Virus record (IMG/VR): IMGVR_UViG_3300044667_000059
Location: 1 to 60,539 of that record
Source of the DNA: a virus
Taxonomy: Duplodnaviria; Caudoviricetes
DNA: 60,539 nt
Direction: 5' to 3' (one strand)
Part shown: in pieces, positions 27,030 to 36,350 of the stretch
Position numbering within the stretch: position 1 is the first letter of the stretch
Layout: every line of letters begins with the position of its first letter
The notes under the pieces: model-generated
The model's input: the letters and a program-made list of their open reading frames with translations, nothing else
Told to the model about the DNA's origin: nothing
Databases searched by the model: none
Made by a program: the position numbers and the translations under genes

Positions 27030-27182
27030 ATGCCCTCGGTGATCTCCAATGCGGTCGAGTTCCGGCCGCTGCGCTGGTTCGCCGCGGTCGCGCTGCTGTG
27101 CGCGTTCGCGTTCGCGGGTGGCGTCTGGTACCAGGCCAGCCATGCCGTGGGGCCGCAGCCGGCGTGCATGGCACCACGCTGA
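27030..27182 (+). CDS. Small single-TM protein (50 aa)
   Basis: AAAGGAGG RBS; WFAAVALLCAFAFAGGVWY. Confidence 0.6.
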   Translation: MPSVISNAVEFRPLRWFAAVALLCAFAFAGGVWYQASHAVGPQPACMAPR

Positions 27183-27184
27183 GG

Positions 27185-27290
27185 GTGTCCATAAACGAGC
27201 GTCTGTTGACGCCGTAGCTTCGCGGCGCGTCCGCTCCGGTCAGCCGTGTTCCACATGCCGTGTCCGTAATCAACGTTTCATGATCACACC
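27185..27290. promoter_or_regulatory. res-like site upstream of the serine resolvase
   Basis: AT-richer gap with GTGTCCRTAA half-sites at 27185 and 27260. Confidence 0.5.
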
Positions 27291-27301
27291 ACTACCCGTT
27301 T

Positions 27302-27889
27302 GTGAGGCACATCTTGGGGCTCATCGGCTACGCCCGGGTCTCCACCCAGGACCAGAACCTCGACGCGCAACTCGACGCCTTGGACCGCGCCGGCTGCGAC
27401 CGCGTGTTCACCGAGAAGATCTCGGGCAAACTGGAGAGCCGACCCGAACTGGACAAGGCACTGGACTACCTCCGCCCCAACGATGTCCTGGTCGTCACCA
27501 AACTGGACCGGCTCAGCCGCTCCCTACGCCACCTGTTGAACCTGTCGGCCCAGCTCGCCGAGATGGGCGTCGGCCTACGCGTGCTGGACCAGGGCATCGA
27601 CACCACCACCCCAGGTGGCCGGCTGTACTTCTCCATCGTCGGTGCCATCGCCGAGTTCGAACGTGACCTGCTCTCGCAGCGGACCCGGGAGGGGCTGGCC
27701 GCGGCCCGTGCCCGCGGCCGGAAGGGTGGCCGACCGCCGGCACTGTCACCGGACAAGGTGGCTGTCGCCCGCGAGATGATCGACAGGGGTGACCGGACGA
27801 TGGCGCAGATCGCTCATGTCCTGGGCTGCTCCCGGGCGACGTTGTACCGCGTGTTCGGCAGCGACACGACGCGTAGTCAGCCCATGTGA
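27302..27889 (+). CDS. Small serine recombinase (resolvase/invertase family)
   Basis: IGYARVST catalytic Ser, VVTKLDRLSRS, AEFER..LSQRT, GRKGGRP, C-terminal HTH SRATLYR; start may be TTG 27314. Confidence 0.93.
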   Translation: MRHILGLIGYARVSTQDQNLDAQLDALDRAGCDRVFTEKISGKLESRPELDKALDYLRPNDVLVVTKLDRLSRSLRHLLNLSAQLAEMGVGLRVLDQGIDTTTPGGRLYFSIVGAIAEFERDLLSQRTREGLAAARARGRKGGRPPALSPDKVAVAREMIDRGDRTMAQIAHVLGCSRATLYRVFGSDTTRSQPM

Positions 27890-28221
27890 CCGACGGCCAC
27901 GAACACCAACACGACCAGCAACACCGCTACAGGGATCCCCACGAAGATCGTCACCAGCAGTGTGCGTGTCCGGGCCTGTGATGCCATCGACTCCTCGTGC
28001 TGGCGGTGCGCCTGCCACGCCTGCGCCCGCTCCACCTCCGTCATCCGCGCCCACACCACCGGCAGGATCCCCGGCGGGACCTGCGCCTGCGGCGGCCGAC
28101 GGGCGGCGGCGGCGCGTTGCTGCTCGGCTACTGCCGCCCAGTGCGCCTGCGACGCCTGCTGCTCTGCCCACTGCGATTTCGTCAGATACCAGGGCTTGCG
28201 GCTGGGCTGGGCGGTGGTCAT
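27877..28221 (-). CDS. Membrane-anchored hypothetical protein
   Basis: GAGG RBS; Q/A-rich body with C-terminal TM. Confidence 0.65.
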   Translation of the reverse strand: MTTAQPSRKPWYLTKSQWAEQQASQAHWAAVAEQQRAAAARRPPQAQVPPGILPVVWARMTEVERAQAWQAHRQHEESMASQARTRTLLVTIFVGIPVAVLLVVLVFVAVGHMG

Positions 28222-28386
28222 GGCGGGGACCTCACGTGGTGGTCGTGGTGGTGTGGTCGTCCGTGACTATCGCACCGGTCGCCCGACGGGTTACGACGTG
28301 TCCGGTTTCTGTCACCCAACCGGCATAAACTACCCAGCCCGGCACGCCGCAACCACCTACCAGCGATAACCGGTTACCCTGTCCTC

Positions 28387-29616
28387 GTGCCGCTGACACA
28401 GATCACGGTCATCTACGGCGTGAACGGACTCGTCGACCCGGGAACAGGGCAACCAGCAACCGGGTCCATCACCCTGCAACCCGTTGCGGAAACACCCGGT
28501 TCGACCTACACGGTCATCGCGAAATCGGTGACGTTCGCGCTGGTCAACGGGCAAATCAACCCAGCCGCGAACACGCTATACACCAACGGGCAAGCCTTCC
28601 AAGCGTTGATCACCGAAGAAGCCGTCGGCACCGACAACCCACCGCCGTATGTGGTCAGCGTGCCTGCGTCCGGCACCCTGGACCTGTCCACCGCGCCACG
28701 CGGCACCCTCGCTGTCACCACACCGCTGTACATCCCCGTGTCGCTGGTCACCACGGTCGGTGACCTGATCGTCGGCACTGGGAACGCCACCGTGGCCCGT
28801 CTACCGGTCGGCGCGAACGGCCTGGTGCTCACTGCGGACTCCACGAAGCCGGATGGTCTCGCGTGGGAAGCCGCCGGCGCGGGCACCGTCACCTCCGTAG
28901 CGGCAGGCGACGGCACGATCGTCATCGGCGGCACACCCACCGTGACACCCACGGTGCGCGTCGGGACGATCACCGAGTCCCAGGTCACCAACCTGACCAC
29001 CGATCTCGCTGGGAAGATCCCCGCCAGCACCGTCACGACGAAAGGTGACGTGCTCGCCGCAACCGGCTCGGCCGCACTCACCCGGCTCGGTGTCGGCTCG
29101 GACGGGCAAGTCCTCACCGCCGCATCCGGCCAAGCCACCGGCCTGACTTGGCAGACGCCCGCCGTCCCGAACATCCAGTCCGGGTTCATCACCTCCGGCA
29201 ACGTCTCCGCCGTCAATACGGGCGGCGCGTGGGCGGCGATCGCAGGCATGTCCAAGCCGATCCCTGCGGTCGTCGGCGAGCGCCTCACGGCCACGTTCAA
29301 CTTCTCCACCTTGAACATGGGTGCCTCGTACTTCGACGTGGGTGTGATCGGGTCCGGCAGCGCGATCGTCCGGCAGCTCTACGCGCCTGTGACTCCACCG
29401 ACGCAACCGGACTCCACCTACGAGGGCATGCCGGCCGCGATCCAGGACCCCAATGTCCACGGCGTCAGCTCCGAACCGCCCTACTTCACCGCCACATCCA
29501 CCGACATCGTCGGCGGCAACGTCACGTTCTGCCTGCTGTGGAAGAGCGGCGGCACCGGGACGTTCCTGTGCAACGCGGCCGTCCCCGTGTCGTACGTGCT
29601 GAAGAACTTCCACTGA
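28387..29616 (+). CDS. Virion fibre/minor structural protein
   Basis: T/G/V-rich; duplicated VTTxGD(L/V)...TG...RLxVGxxGxVLTA units typical of fibre shafts. Confidence 0.7.
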   Translation: MPLTQITVIYGVNGLVDPGTGQPATGSITLQPVAETPGSTYTVIAKSVTFALVNGQINPAANTLYTNGQAFQALITEEAVGTDNPPPYVVSVPASGTLDLSTAPRGTLAVTTPLYIPVSLVTTVGDLIVGTGNATVARLPVGANGLVLTADSTKPDGLAWEAAGAGTVTSVAAGDGTIVIGGTPTVTPTVRVGTITESQVTNLTTDLAGKIPASTVTTKGDVLAATGSAALTRLGVGSDGQVLTAASGQATGLTWQTPAVPNIQSGFITSGNVSAVNTGGAWAAIAGMSKPIPAVVGERLTATFNFSTLNMGASYFDVGVIGSGSAIVRQLYAPVTPPTQPDSTYEGMPAAIQDPNVHGVSSEPPYFTATSTDIVGGNVTFCLLWKSGGTGTFLCNAAVPVSYVLKNFH

Positions 29617-29618
29617 GT

Positions 29619-29630
29619 GACCTACAGTTA
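29619..29630 (+). promoter_or_regulatory. Putative late promoter element GACCTACAGTTA
   Basis: Identical 12-mer at 51586-51597; contains -10-like TACAGT. Confidence 0.45.
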
Positions 29631-29677
29631 GGTTGAGGTCTGGCCACCCCGGTCAGCGCACACGTCGGGAGGTGACC

Positions 29678-30163
29678 TTGCCGCCACGCATCCCCGATAC
29701 CACCCGGCAAGCCATCCTCACCGACATCCAAGCGAAAGCCGGCAGCACGCGGACCATCGCCGCCAAACACGGCGTCAGCGACGCCACCGTCCGCAAGATC
29801 GCCACCGAAGCCGGAATCACCGACGCCTTCGCGCGCGAGCAGACCGAAAAGGCTACGCGCGCGCGGGTGGCGGACATGAAGGCGATGCGGGCGGCGATTG
29901 CGGCTGAGTTGCTGGGTGATGTGCTGCGGTTGCGGGAGCGGGCGTGGGAGCCGTACACGGTGGCGATGTCGGCGGGTGGCAAGGACGGTGGTATCGAGTT
30001 GGTGACGCTGGAGCGGCCGCCGTTGGGTGAGGTACGGAACGCGTACACGGCGATCGGGATCGCGTTGGATAAGTCGCTGCGGTTGGAGCAGCACGATGCG
30101 GATGTGCAGGGGTTGGCGGCGGTGGATGCGTGGTTGCGGGACATGATGGGTTCGAGTGACTGA
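29678..30163 (+). CDS. terS: Terminase small subunit (HTH)
   Basis: GGAGGTG RBS before TTG; STRTIAAKHGVSDATVRKIA HTH; TGATG coupling to terL. Confidence 0.75.
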   Translation: MPPRIPDTTRQAILTDIQAKAGSTRTIAAKHGVSDATVRKIATEAGITDAFAREQTEKATRARVADMKAMRAAIAAELLGDVLRLRERAWEPYTVAMSAGGKDGGIELVTLERPPLGEVRNAYTAIGIALDKSLRLEQHDADVQGLAAVDAWLRDMMGSSD

Positions 30164-31476
30164 TGGATCTGCGTCCGCTGGTGGGGAAGCAGCGGGAGTC
30201 GGCGCGGCTCGCCACGGCGCGGGGGAACCTCTGGGAAGGCGCGGTCCGCTCGTCCAAGACCATCTCGTCGATCATGGTGTGGTTGCGCTACGTCCGGACC
30301 GGACCGCCGGGGAACCTGCTGATGGTGGGGAAGACCGAGCGGACGTTGAAGCGGAACATCATCGATCCGATCACGGAGATGGTGGGTGCTCGGCGGTGCA
30401 GGTACCGAGCAGGTGCCGGTGAGCTGGACCTGTTCGGTCGGCGGATCTACACCGCTGGGGCGAACGACGAGCGCGCAGCGGACAAGATCAAGGGCATGAC
30501 GTTGGCTGGTGCGTACTGTGACGAGGTCACGACGTATCCGCAGTCGTTCTTCGCGATGCTCGGCACCCGCCTGTCGGTGGAGGGTAGCCAGTGGTTCGGA
30601 ACAACGAACCCGGCCGCACCGACGCACTGGTTGAAACGGGACTATCTGGACCGGGCGAAGTTGCATCTGCAACGGGACGGCACGGTGGTCGAGCACCACG
30701 AGGGTGGCCGGCTGGATCTGCACCGGTTCACGTTCCAACTGGACGACAACCCCACTCTCTCGCCGGCGTACGTCGCGGCGTTGAAGGCCGAGTACGTGGG
30801 CCTGTTCTACCGCCGGTACGTGCTCGGTGAGTGGGTGCTGGCCGAGGGCGCTGTCTACGACATGTGGGACCCAGCGCGGCATGTAGTCACCTGGGACCAG
30901 GTCCCGATCATCCACAGGTGGCTGTCGGTGGGTGTGGACTACGGGACGGTGAACCCGTTCGACGCGATCCTGTTCGGCATCGGCGTCGACCACGCCATCT
31001 ACGGGATCTCGGAGTACCGGCACGACTCCCGCCGTGCCCGCCGGCAACTGACCGACCCGGAGCTGTCGATGGAGATGCGGACGTGGCTGACCCGTGTCCG
31101 CTACCCACGGTCGCAGTTGCGGGGCGTCAAACCGGAGGTGGTGTGCGTCGACCCGTCCGCAGCCAGCTTCAAGACGCAGCTGTTCCGTGACGGCCTGCCG
31201 GCGATGAACGCGAACAACGACGTGTTGAACGGCATCCGCACCGTGTCCGCGTTGCTCGCGGCGGACAAGCTGAAGATCGTCGGCTCGGATTGTCCGTGGC
31301 TGGTCGACGAGATCCCCGGATACGCGTGGGACGACCGGGCAGCGGAGAAGGGTGAGGACGCGGTACTGAAGGTCAACGACCACTCGTGCGACGGCGGCCG
31401 GTACGGGTTGCATTCGACGCGGTCTCGGTGGCGTGGCGAGGTGCTACCAGCCCTGTCCGACAGTCTGGCAGCGTAA
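30163..31476 (+). CDS. terL: Terminase large subunit (PBSX/headful-type)
   Basis: EGAVRSSKT, AYCDEVT, GTTNP, VGVDYG, VDPSA, DHSCDGGRY. Confidence 0.95.
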   Translation: MDLRPLVGKQRESARLATARGNLWEGAVRSSKTISSIMVWLRYVRTGPPGNLLMVGKTERTLKRNIIDPITEMVGARRCRYRAGAGELDLFGRRIYTAGANDERAADKIKGMTLAGAYCDEVTTYPQSFFAMLGTRLSVEGSQWFGTTNPAAPTHWLKRDYLDRAKLHLQRDGTVVEHHEGGRLDLHRFTFQLDDNPTLSPAYVAALKAEYVGLFYRRYVLGEWVLAEGAVYDMWDPARHVVTWDQVPIIHRWLSVGVDYGTVNPFDAILFGIGVDHAIYGISEYRHDSRRARRQLTDPELSMEMRTWLTRVRYPRSQLRGVKPEVVCVDPSAASFKTQLFRDGLPAMNANNDVLNGIRTVSALLAADKLKIVGSDCPWLVDEIPGYAWDDRAAEKGEDAVLKVNDHSCDGGRYGLHSTRSRWRGEVLPALSDSLAA

Positions 31477-31536
31477 CCTCCACCTAAGACGAGGTTCGGG
31501 AGGACGGATGGGCGACGACGGCGAAGACCGGCAGGA

Positions 31537-31863
31537 GTGGAAGCCGTGACCGACGAGGTGTTGACGGAGATCCTGGCCGAGCTGCGGGCGTTGAACGCGA
31601 AGGTCCCCGAACAACCGAAGCCACCCCAGCCGAAGACGCGTGTCTCCCGGCCGGGCCGTGTGTTCTCCAACGGCCAGCTCATCCCGATGGACGTGGACCT
31701 CGTCATCGCCGGCGCGCAGCGGTGGATCCGCATCCGCGTCGACGGCGAACCGAGCGACTTGTGGACTCCGCGTGATGTCGCTGGCCCGGAGTTGTCGTCG
31801 AACGAGTTGCTGTCGAGGGCTGGGCATGTGGTCGAGGTACCCGCACCCGAGGAGCCCGAGTGA
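31537..31863 (+). CDS. Hypothetical protein between terL and portal
   Basis: ORF ends in GTGA overlap with the portal. Confidence 0.55.
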   Translation: MEAVTDEVLTEILAELRALNAKVPEQPKPPQPKTRVSRPGRVFSNGQLIPMDVDLVIAGAQRWIRIRVDGEPSDLWTPRDVAGPELSSNELLSRAGHVVEVPAPEEPE

Positions 31864-33719
31864 CCCGTTCGATTCCGGGTGTCATCGACCCCAACTACGG
31901 TCCCGGCCGCGGCATGGCGACGAACATCACCTCCTCCGGTGCGCCCGTCGACAACCGGATGATGACCCGGCTTCCTGTGGTCAACCAGCCGTGGCCGCCG
32001 CCGGACTACTCACCGGTGTCGTACATGCACCGCATTTGGGACGCTTGGTGGACGGGTGACCGGCAGCGCCTCGCTTGGGTGTACTACAACCTAGGCGCGA
32101 ACAGCCCGGTTGGCAGGAGCTTCTTCTCCAGCACCGGTGAGCCCGGTCAGCCGTCCCCGCGACCAGGCCAGTTTCGTGGCGGTCTCCTCGGTTCCATCGA
32201 ATACAGCTTCTGGGGCACACCAACCCCACCAGGTGAGAAGCGCACCCGCAGTCACGTGCCGATCGCCGGTGACATCGCCCAAACCTCGGCGTCGCTGCTG
32301 TTCTCCAAGCCGCCGGTCATCAGGTCCAGCCTTGACGGCAAAGCGGCGGCGATCAACAACGCGTGGTTCGACACGCTGATCGACGACCCCTTCCATCGTC
32401 GACTGCTGGAAGCCGCCGAGATGGGTGCCGCGCTCGGCGGGAACTACCTGCGGGTCGTGTGGGACACCGAGGTCCAGGAGAAGCCGTGGGTGGTGTCGGT
32501 GCCGGCCGACGTCGGGGTGCCGCTGTTCTCCTACGACCAGCTCAAGGCTGTGACCTTCTGGGCGGTCCTGGAAGACAACGGCGACGACGTCCTGCGGCAT
32601 CTCGAAATGCACGTGCCGGCGCAGAACGCCATCTTCCACGGCTTGTACCACGGCAACCAGACCGATCTCGGTGAGCAGATCCCGATGGACGCGCACCCCA
32701 CGACCGCGGCGATCAAGGCGCGGATCAACGCGGTCAGCCCGGAAGCGGTCGGGGATACGATCGTGTTCCCGGACCAGCCGTTGGACGCCGCGTCCGTCGT
32801 GTACATCCCGAACCTCACGCCGAACAGGATCTTCAGGGACTTGGGTCCGCAGGCGTGGCCGATCGGTCGCAGCGACTTCTCCGGTGTGGAGAACCTGATG
32901 GACAATCTCGACGAGGTCTACTCGTCGTGGATCCGTGACATCAGGTTGGCGAAGTCCCGCATCCTCGTGCCACCGGAGTACCTCGACAACATCGGGCGCG
33001 GGAAGGGCGCGGTGTGGGACCCGGAACGGCAGGTGTACTCGCCGCTGAACATGCTGCACGACGACAACGGCCCGAACAACGGGATCACGTTGAACCAGTT
33101 CAACATCCGGTGGCAGGAGCACAAGGCCACCTGCGATGACCTGATCTCCCGGATCGTGGAGCAGGCCGGGTACTCCAGCCAGACGTTCGGTGAGTACGCG
33201 CAGGGCGGTGGGGCACTGACCGCGACGGAGATCAACATGCGGGAGCGTCTCACGATGATGACCCGCGCCAAGAAAATCAACACGTGGCGGTCCGAACTCG
33301 CCCGCATTATCTACAGCCTCATGGTGATCGAGGTGCAGAACTTCGGCAACACGCTCATCACCCCGGAACTGCCGAACATCGAGTTCGTGGAGACCATCGG
33401 CCCGGACATCACCGTGCTGGCGCAGACCGCCGCGCAACTGGAAGCCGCCGGTGCGGCATCGAAGGAAACCCTGGTGCAGTTGGTGCACCCGGATTGGTCG
33501 CCGGAACAGGTGAACAAGGAAGTCACGAGGATCTTCTCGGAGACGGGTGCCGAGCTGGCCCAGCATGCCCGGATCGCGTTGTCCGCGCCGATGGGTGAGG
33601 ACCTCGGACAGGAGATCGACCAGTTGGCGCAGACACAGCCGGTGGCGCCGGTGCGTGGCCCAGTGCCGGGCGACAACCCGAACGAACCGTCCACCGGTGG
33701 GGCGGACCCGAATGCCTGA
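31860..33719 (+). CDS. Portal protein (SPP1/A118-like)
   Basis: Position; IAQTSASLLF, YIPN, GRSDF, LDEVYSSW, TATEI, HPDW..EQV..EV. Confidence 0.92.
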   Translation: MTRSIPGVIDPNYGPGRGMATNITSSGAPVDNRMMTRLPVVNQPWPPPDYSPVSYMHRIWDAWWTGDRQRLAWVYYNLGANSPVGRSFFSSTGEPGQPSPRPGQFRGGLLGSIEYSFWGTPTPPGEKRTRSHVPIAGDIAQTSASLLFSKPPVIRSSLDGKAAAINNAWFDTLIDDPFHRRLLEAAEMGAALGGNYLRVVWDTEVQEKPWVVSVPADVGVPLFSYDQLKAVTFWAVLEDNGDDVLRHLEMHVPAQNAIFHGLYHGNQTDLGEQIPMDAHPTTAAIKARINAVSPEAVGDTIVFPDQPLDAASVVYIPNLTPNRIFRDLGPQAWPIGRSDFSGVENLMDNLDEVYSSWIRDIRLAKSRILVPPEYLDNIGRGKGAVWDPERQVYSPLNMLHDDNGPNNGITLNQFNIRWQEHKATCDDLISRIVEQAGYSSQTFGEYAQGGGALTATEINMRERLTMMTRAKKINTWRSELARIIYSLMVIEVQNFGNTLITPELPNIEFVETIGPDITVLAQTAAQLEAAGAASKETLVQLVHPDWSPEQVNKEVTRIFSETGAELAQHARIALSAPMGEDLGQEIDQLAQTQPVAPVRGPVPGDNPNEPSTGGADPNA

Positions 33720-33894
33720 CCTCTGGCGGCATGTCGACAGGCGATGGTCTTGGGTCGCCGCCGGATTGGCCGTTGCCAGCCTCGTGCTCGGCGCAGGCAT
33801 CGCCGAGATCGTGTTGTTGCCGGGCTTGGTCCTGGCGGTCGTCGCGTTCGTGTTCGTCGCTCTGGCGAACGCAATCGAGCGGCACGGGCGATGA
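33712..33894 (+). CDS. Small two-TM protein in head module
   Basis: Overlaps portal stop; ATGA coupling to next gene. Confidence 0.55.
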   Translation: MPDLWRHVDRRWSWVAAGLAVASLVLGAGIAEIVLLPGLVLAVVAFVFVALANAIERHGR

Positions 33895-34967
33895 CCGCGC
33901 CGGCCACGCAGCAGACGCCCGGCGGTCAGCGGGAAGACACCGCGCTGGCTGTGGGCATCCTCGTGGCCGGTGTGCTCGAAGCCGTGACGGTGACCTTGGC
34001 CGCGTTTCTCGGTGTCGCCGTAGCGAAGGTGATCCGGGGCAGGAACCGCCGTGCTGCCGCCCGCGCACTGCATGCCGCTGCGGCCGCCGCGCTCGGCCAA
34101 GCCCTCCAACGCGCGGACACCGCGATCGACCGAGCCCAGCAGCGCATCACCCGCGAAACCCTGGACACGCTCAACGCCATCAGCGGGCGCACGTACGGGT
34201 TCTCGCCTGGGCCGCTGGGCTCGTCATGGGACGGTCTCAAGGCGACCCTGCGGAAGGCCGCGGTGAACGCGCTCGCGGACATCGACGACACGTTCAGTCG
34301 CGCGGCCCGGCTGTTGGATGGCACACCGTCTGGTGCTCTCGCCGCGCAGCGGGTGTTGGACGACCTTGCCGAGCGTGGCCCGACCGCGTACGTGGACCGC
34401 GCCGGCCGACGCTGGTCGGTCACGGCGTACGCGACGATGGCCACGCGGACGGCGGCGTCCCGGTTGGCGCTCGCTGTCCAGTTGGGTGCGATGGCGGACG
34501 CCGGCCTGGACCTGGTCATGGTCGACAAGACCACGCTCGCCGAGTCCTGCCCGCGGTGTGTGCCGTTCGAGTGGCAGCTCCTGTCGGTCAGCGGCAGGAC
34601 ACCGGTCGGGATGGCGGCGATGGTCGTGGACCACACGGGGATGCGACAGTTCGGGCACGTCAAGGCCAGTGTGGCGGACGCTGTGGCGCGTGGGCTGCTG
34701 CACCCGAGCTGCCGGCACATGCTGATCCCGTGGGCGGATGGGATGCGGATGACGGTTCCGCTGCCGAGTCAGCGTCGGCTTGGTCCGTCGTATGTGGCGC
34801 AGCAGCGGCAGCGCGCCCTGGAGCGGGTTGTGCGGCGTGAGCACGCTCGGCGGGCGGTCGCGCTCACGGCGGTGGCGAAAGCTCAAGCTAACCGGAGGTT
34901 GGTTGCGGCACGGTCCAACCTGCACAGGCATGTTCAGTCGTACCATTCGAGCAGGAAGGGAGCGTGA
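33891..34967 (+). CDS. Minor capsid / head morphogenesis protein
   Basis: YVDRAGRRW...YATMATRT, CPRC.PFE, GLLHPSCRH. Confidence 0.85.
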   Translation: MTAPATQQTPGGQREDTALAVGILVAGVLEAVTVTLAAFLGVAVAKVIRGRNRRAAARALHAAAAAALGQALQRADTAIDRAQQRITRETLDTLNAISGRTYGFSPGPLGSSWDGLKATLRKAAVNALADIDDTFSRAARLLDGTPSGALAAQRVLDDLAERGPTAYVDRAGRRWSVTAYATMATRTAASRLALAVQLGAMADAGLDLVMVDKTTLAESCPRCVPFEWQLLSVSGRTPVGMAAMVVDHTGMRQFGHVKASVADAVARGLLHPSCRHMLIPWADGMRMTVPLPSQRRLGPSYVAQQRQRALERVVRREHARRAVALTAVAKAQANRRLVAARSNLHRHVQSYHSSRKGA

Positions 34968-34968
34968 C

Positions 34969-35214
34969 ATGGCCGGCGCGAAGAAGAAGACCGAGACCAT
35001 CAAGTCCCCGGGCAAGGACCCGGTCACGTTCAAGAAGGGCGGTCTGCACGAGTCCCTCGGTGTGCCGGCGGACAAGCCGATCCCGGCGGGGAAGATGGCC
35101 GATGCCAAGGCCGGGAAGTACGGGCCGAAGGCGCAGAAGCAGGCGAACATGGCTACGGGCATGCTCGCCGCCGGCCGGCGCACCGCCGCGAAGAACCGGG
35201 GGAAGTCGAAGTGA
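34969..35214 (+). CDS. Small Lys-rich protein
   Basis: KKGGLHESLGVPADKPIP; RBS present. Confidence 0.7.
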   Translation: MAGAKKKTETIKSPGKDPVTFKKGGLHESLGVPADKPIPAGKMADAKAGKYGPKAQKQANMATGMLAAGRRTAAKNRGKSK

Positions 35215-35483
35215 GCGCCACACCTGCACCGCTGCCCGATCACGGGCCGAAGCATGTCCCGACCCCGCAGGGCAACCAGAAGCACCTCGACATGAACGCG
35301 GCCCGTGCCGCCACCGCAGCCGGGGGCACCATGTACGACCAGGACGCCGACGACGGCGTCCCGACCGGCGGGTGGTCCACGAACGACACCGGGTTCGGTG
35401 GCAGCAGCAACGGTGTCAACGCCGCCACCAGACCAGCATCCACGTCCAGTCAGATCCGCCCCGGTGGCGGCGTCACCCCATAG
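35211..35483 (+). CDS. Hypothetical protein
   Basis: GTGA overlap. Confidence 0.6.
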   Translation: MSATPAPLPDHGPKHVPTPQGNQKHLDMNAARAATAAGGTMYDQDADDGVPTGGWSTNDTGFGGSSNGVNAATRPASTSSQIRPGGGVTP

Positions 35484-35493
35484 GGAGCATCCG

Positions 35494-36267
35494 ATGACTG
35501 ATCCGGCCGCCGCGCAGGCCGGCACCGACCCCGCCGCCGGGCAGGGCACGACCACCGCAACACCACCAGCGGCACCCGCGCAGCCGCAGCCACCGGCCAG
35601 CCAACCAGCACTGACCGTCGAAGCGTTCGCGAAGCTCCAGGCCGACCTGGAAGCCGCGAACCAGCGCGCCGCGCAGATGCAGACCGAGGCACGCAAGCAC
35701 GAGGACCGGTGGAAGCAACGCGACACTCAACTCGACGAGCAGCAGAAGACCCTGAAACTGCTGGCGGACAAGCTCGGTGTGCAGGTCGACGACAAGCCCG
35801 ATCCGGCGAAGCTCGCCGCGCAGGCCGAGACCGAACGCAACGGGCGGTTGGCTGCGATGTCGGAGCTGGCTCTGTTCCGGGCTGCGCTCGATGCGGGGGC
35901 GAACGCCAGCGCGCTGCTGGACTCACGCTCGTTCATGGCCAAGGCCGGCGCGCTCGACCCGACGAGTGCGACCTACGGCGAGCAGGTGAAAGCGCTCGTG
36001 GCTGAACAGGTGGCAGCGAACCCGTCACTGGCCATGCAGCAGCCCGCGACCCAACCGGCGGATGGCCAGCCGGCGGCACCACAGCCGACCGTGACGCCGC
36101 TACCGGCCGCGTCCGGCCCGGTCGCGACCGCAGCGCCGGAAACCGGTCGGCAGTGGACCGAAGCGGACCTCGCCGCCGCGTCACCGGAGGAGACGTCCCG
36201 CGCGATCGAACAGGGCCTGTTGGTGAATCTCGGGATCGGCAAGACACGCCGGACTCGCATCCGGTAG
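35494..36267 (+). CDS. Capsid scaffolding protein
   Basis: P/A/Q-rich N-terminus, coiled coil, ALLDSRSF motif; precedes capsid gene. Confidence 0.85.
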   Translation: MTDPAAAQAGTDPAAGQGTTTATPPAAPAQPQPPASQPALTVEAFAKLQADLEAANQRAAQMQTEARKHEDRWKQRDTQLDEQQKTLKLLADKLGVQVDDKPDPAKLAAQAETERNGRLAAMSELALFRAALDAGANASALLDSRSFMAKAGALDPTSATYGEQVKALVAEQVAANPSLAMQQPATQPADGQPAAPQPTVTPLPAASGPVATAAPETGRQWTEADLAAASPEETSRAIEQGLLVNLGIGKTRRTRIR

Positions 36268-36285
36268 CACGCCCCGCGCGACACG

Positions 36286-36321
36286 ACGCCAGACCTCGGG
36301 TTAGCTGGAGGTCTGGCGTTT
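36286..36321 (+). terminator. Stem-loop after the scaffold gene
   Basis: 12-bp stem ACGCCAGACCTC/GAGGTCTGGCGT followed by TT. Confidence 0.6.
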
Positions 36322-36350
36322 CGCATGTCGTGAGCTACCATGACGGCAAC

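Noticed and set aside
23644-28221. An autonomous AICE or transposon inserted in the phage
   Set aside because: No own Rep, integrase or transposase, and no flanking direct or terminal inverted repeats detected
27302-29616. Gin/Cin-type tail-fibre inversion system
   Set aside because: No oppositely oriented alternative fibre C-terminus or flanking inverted crossover sites found by eye
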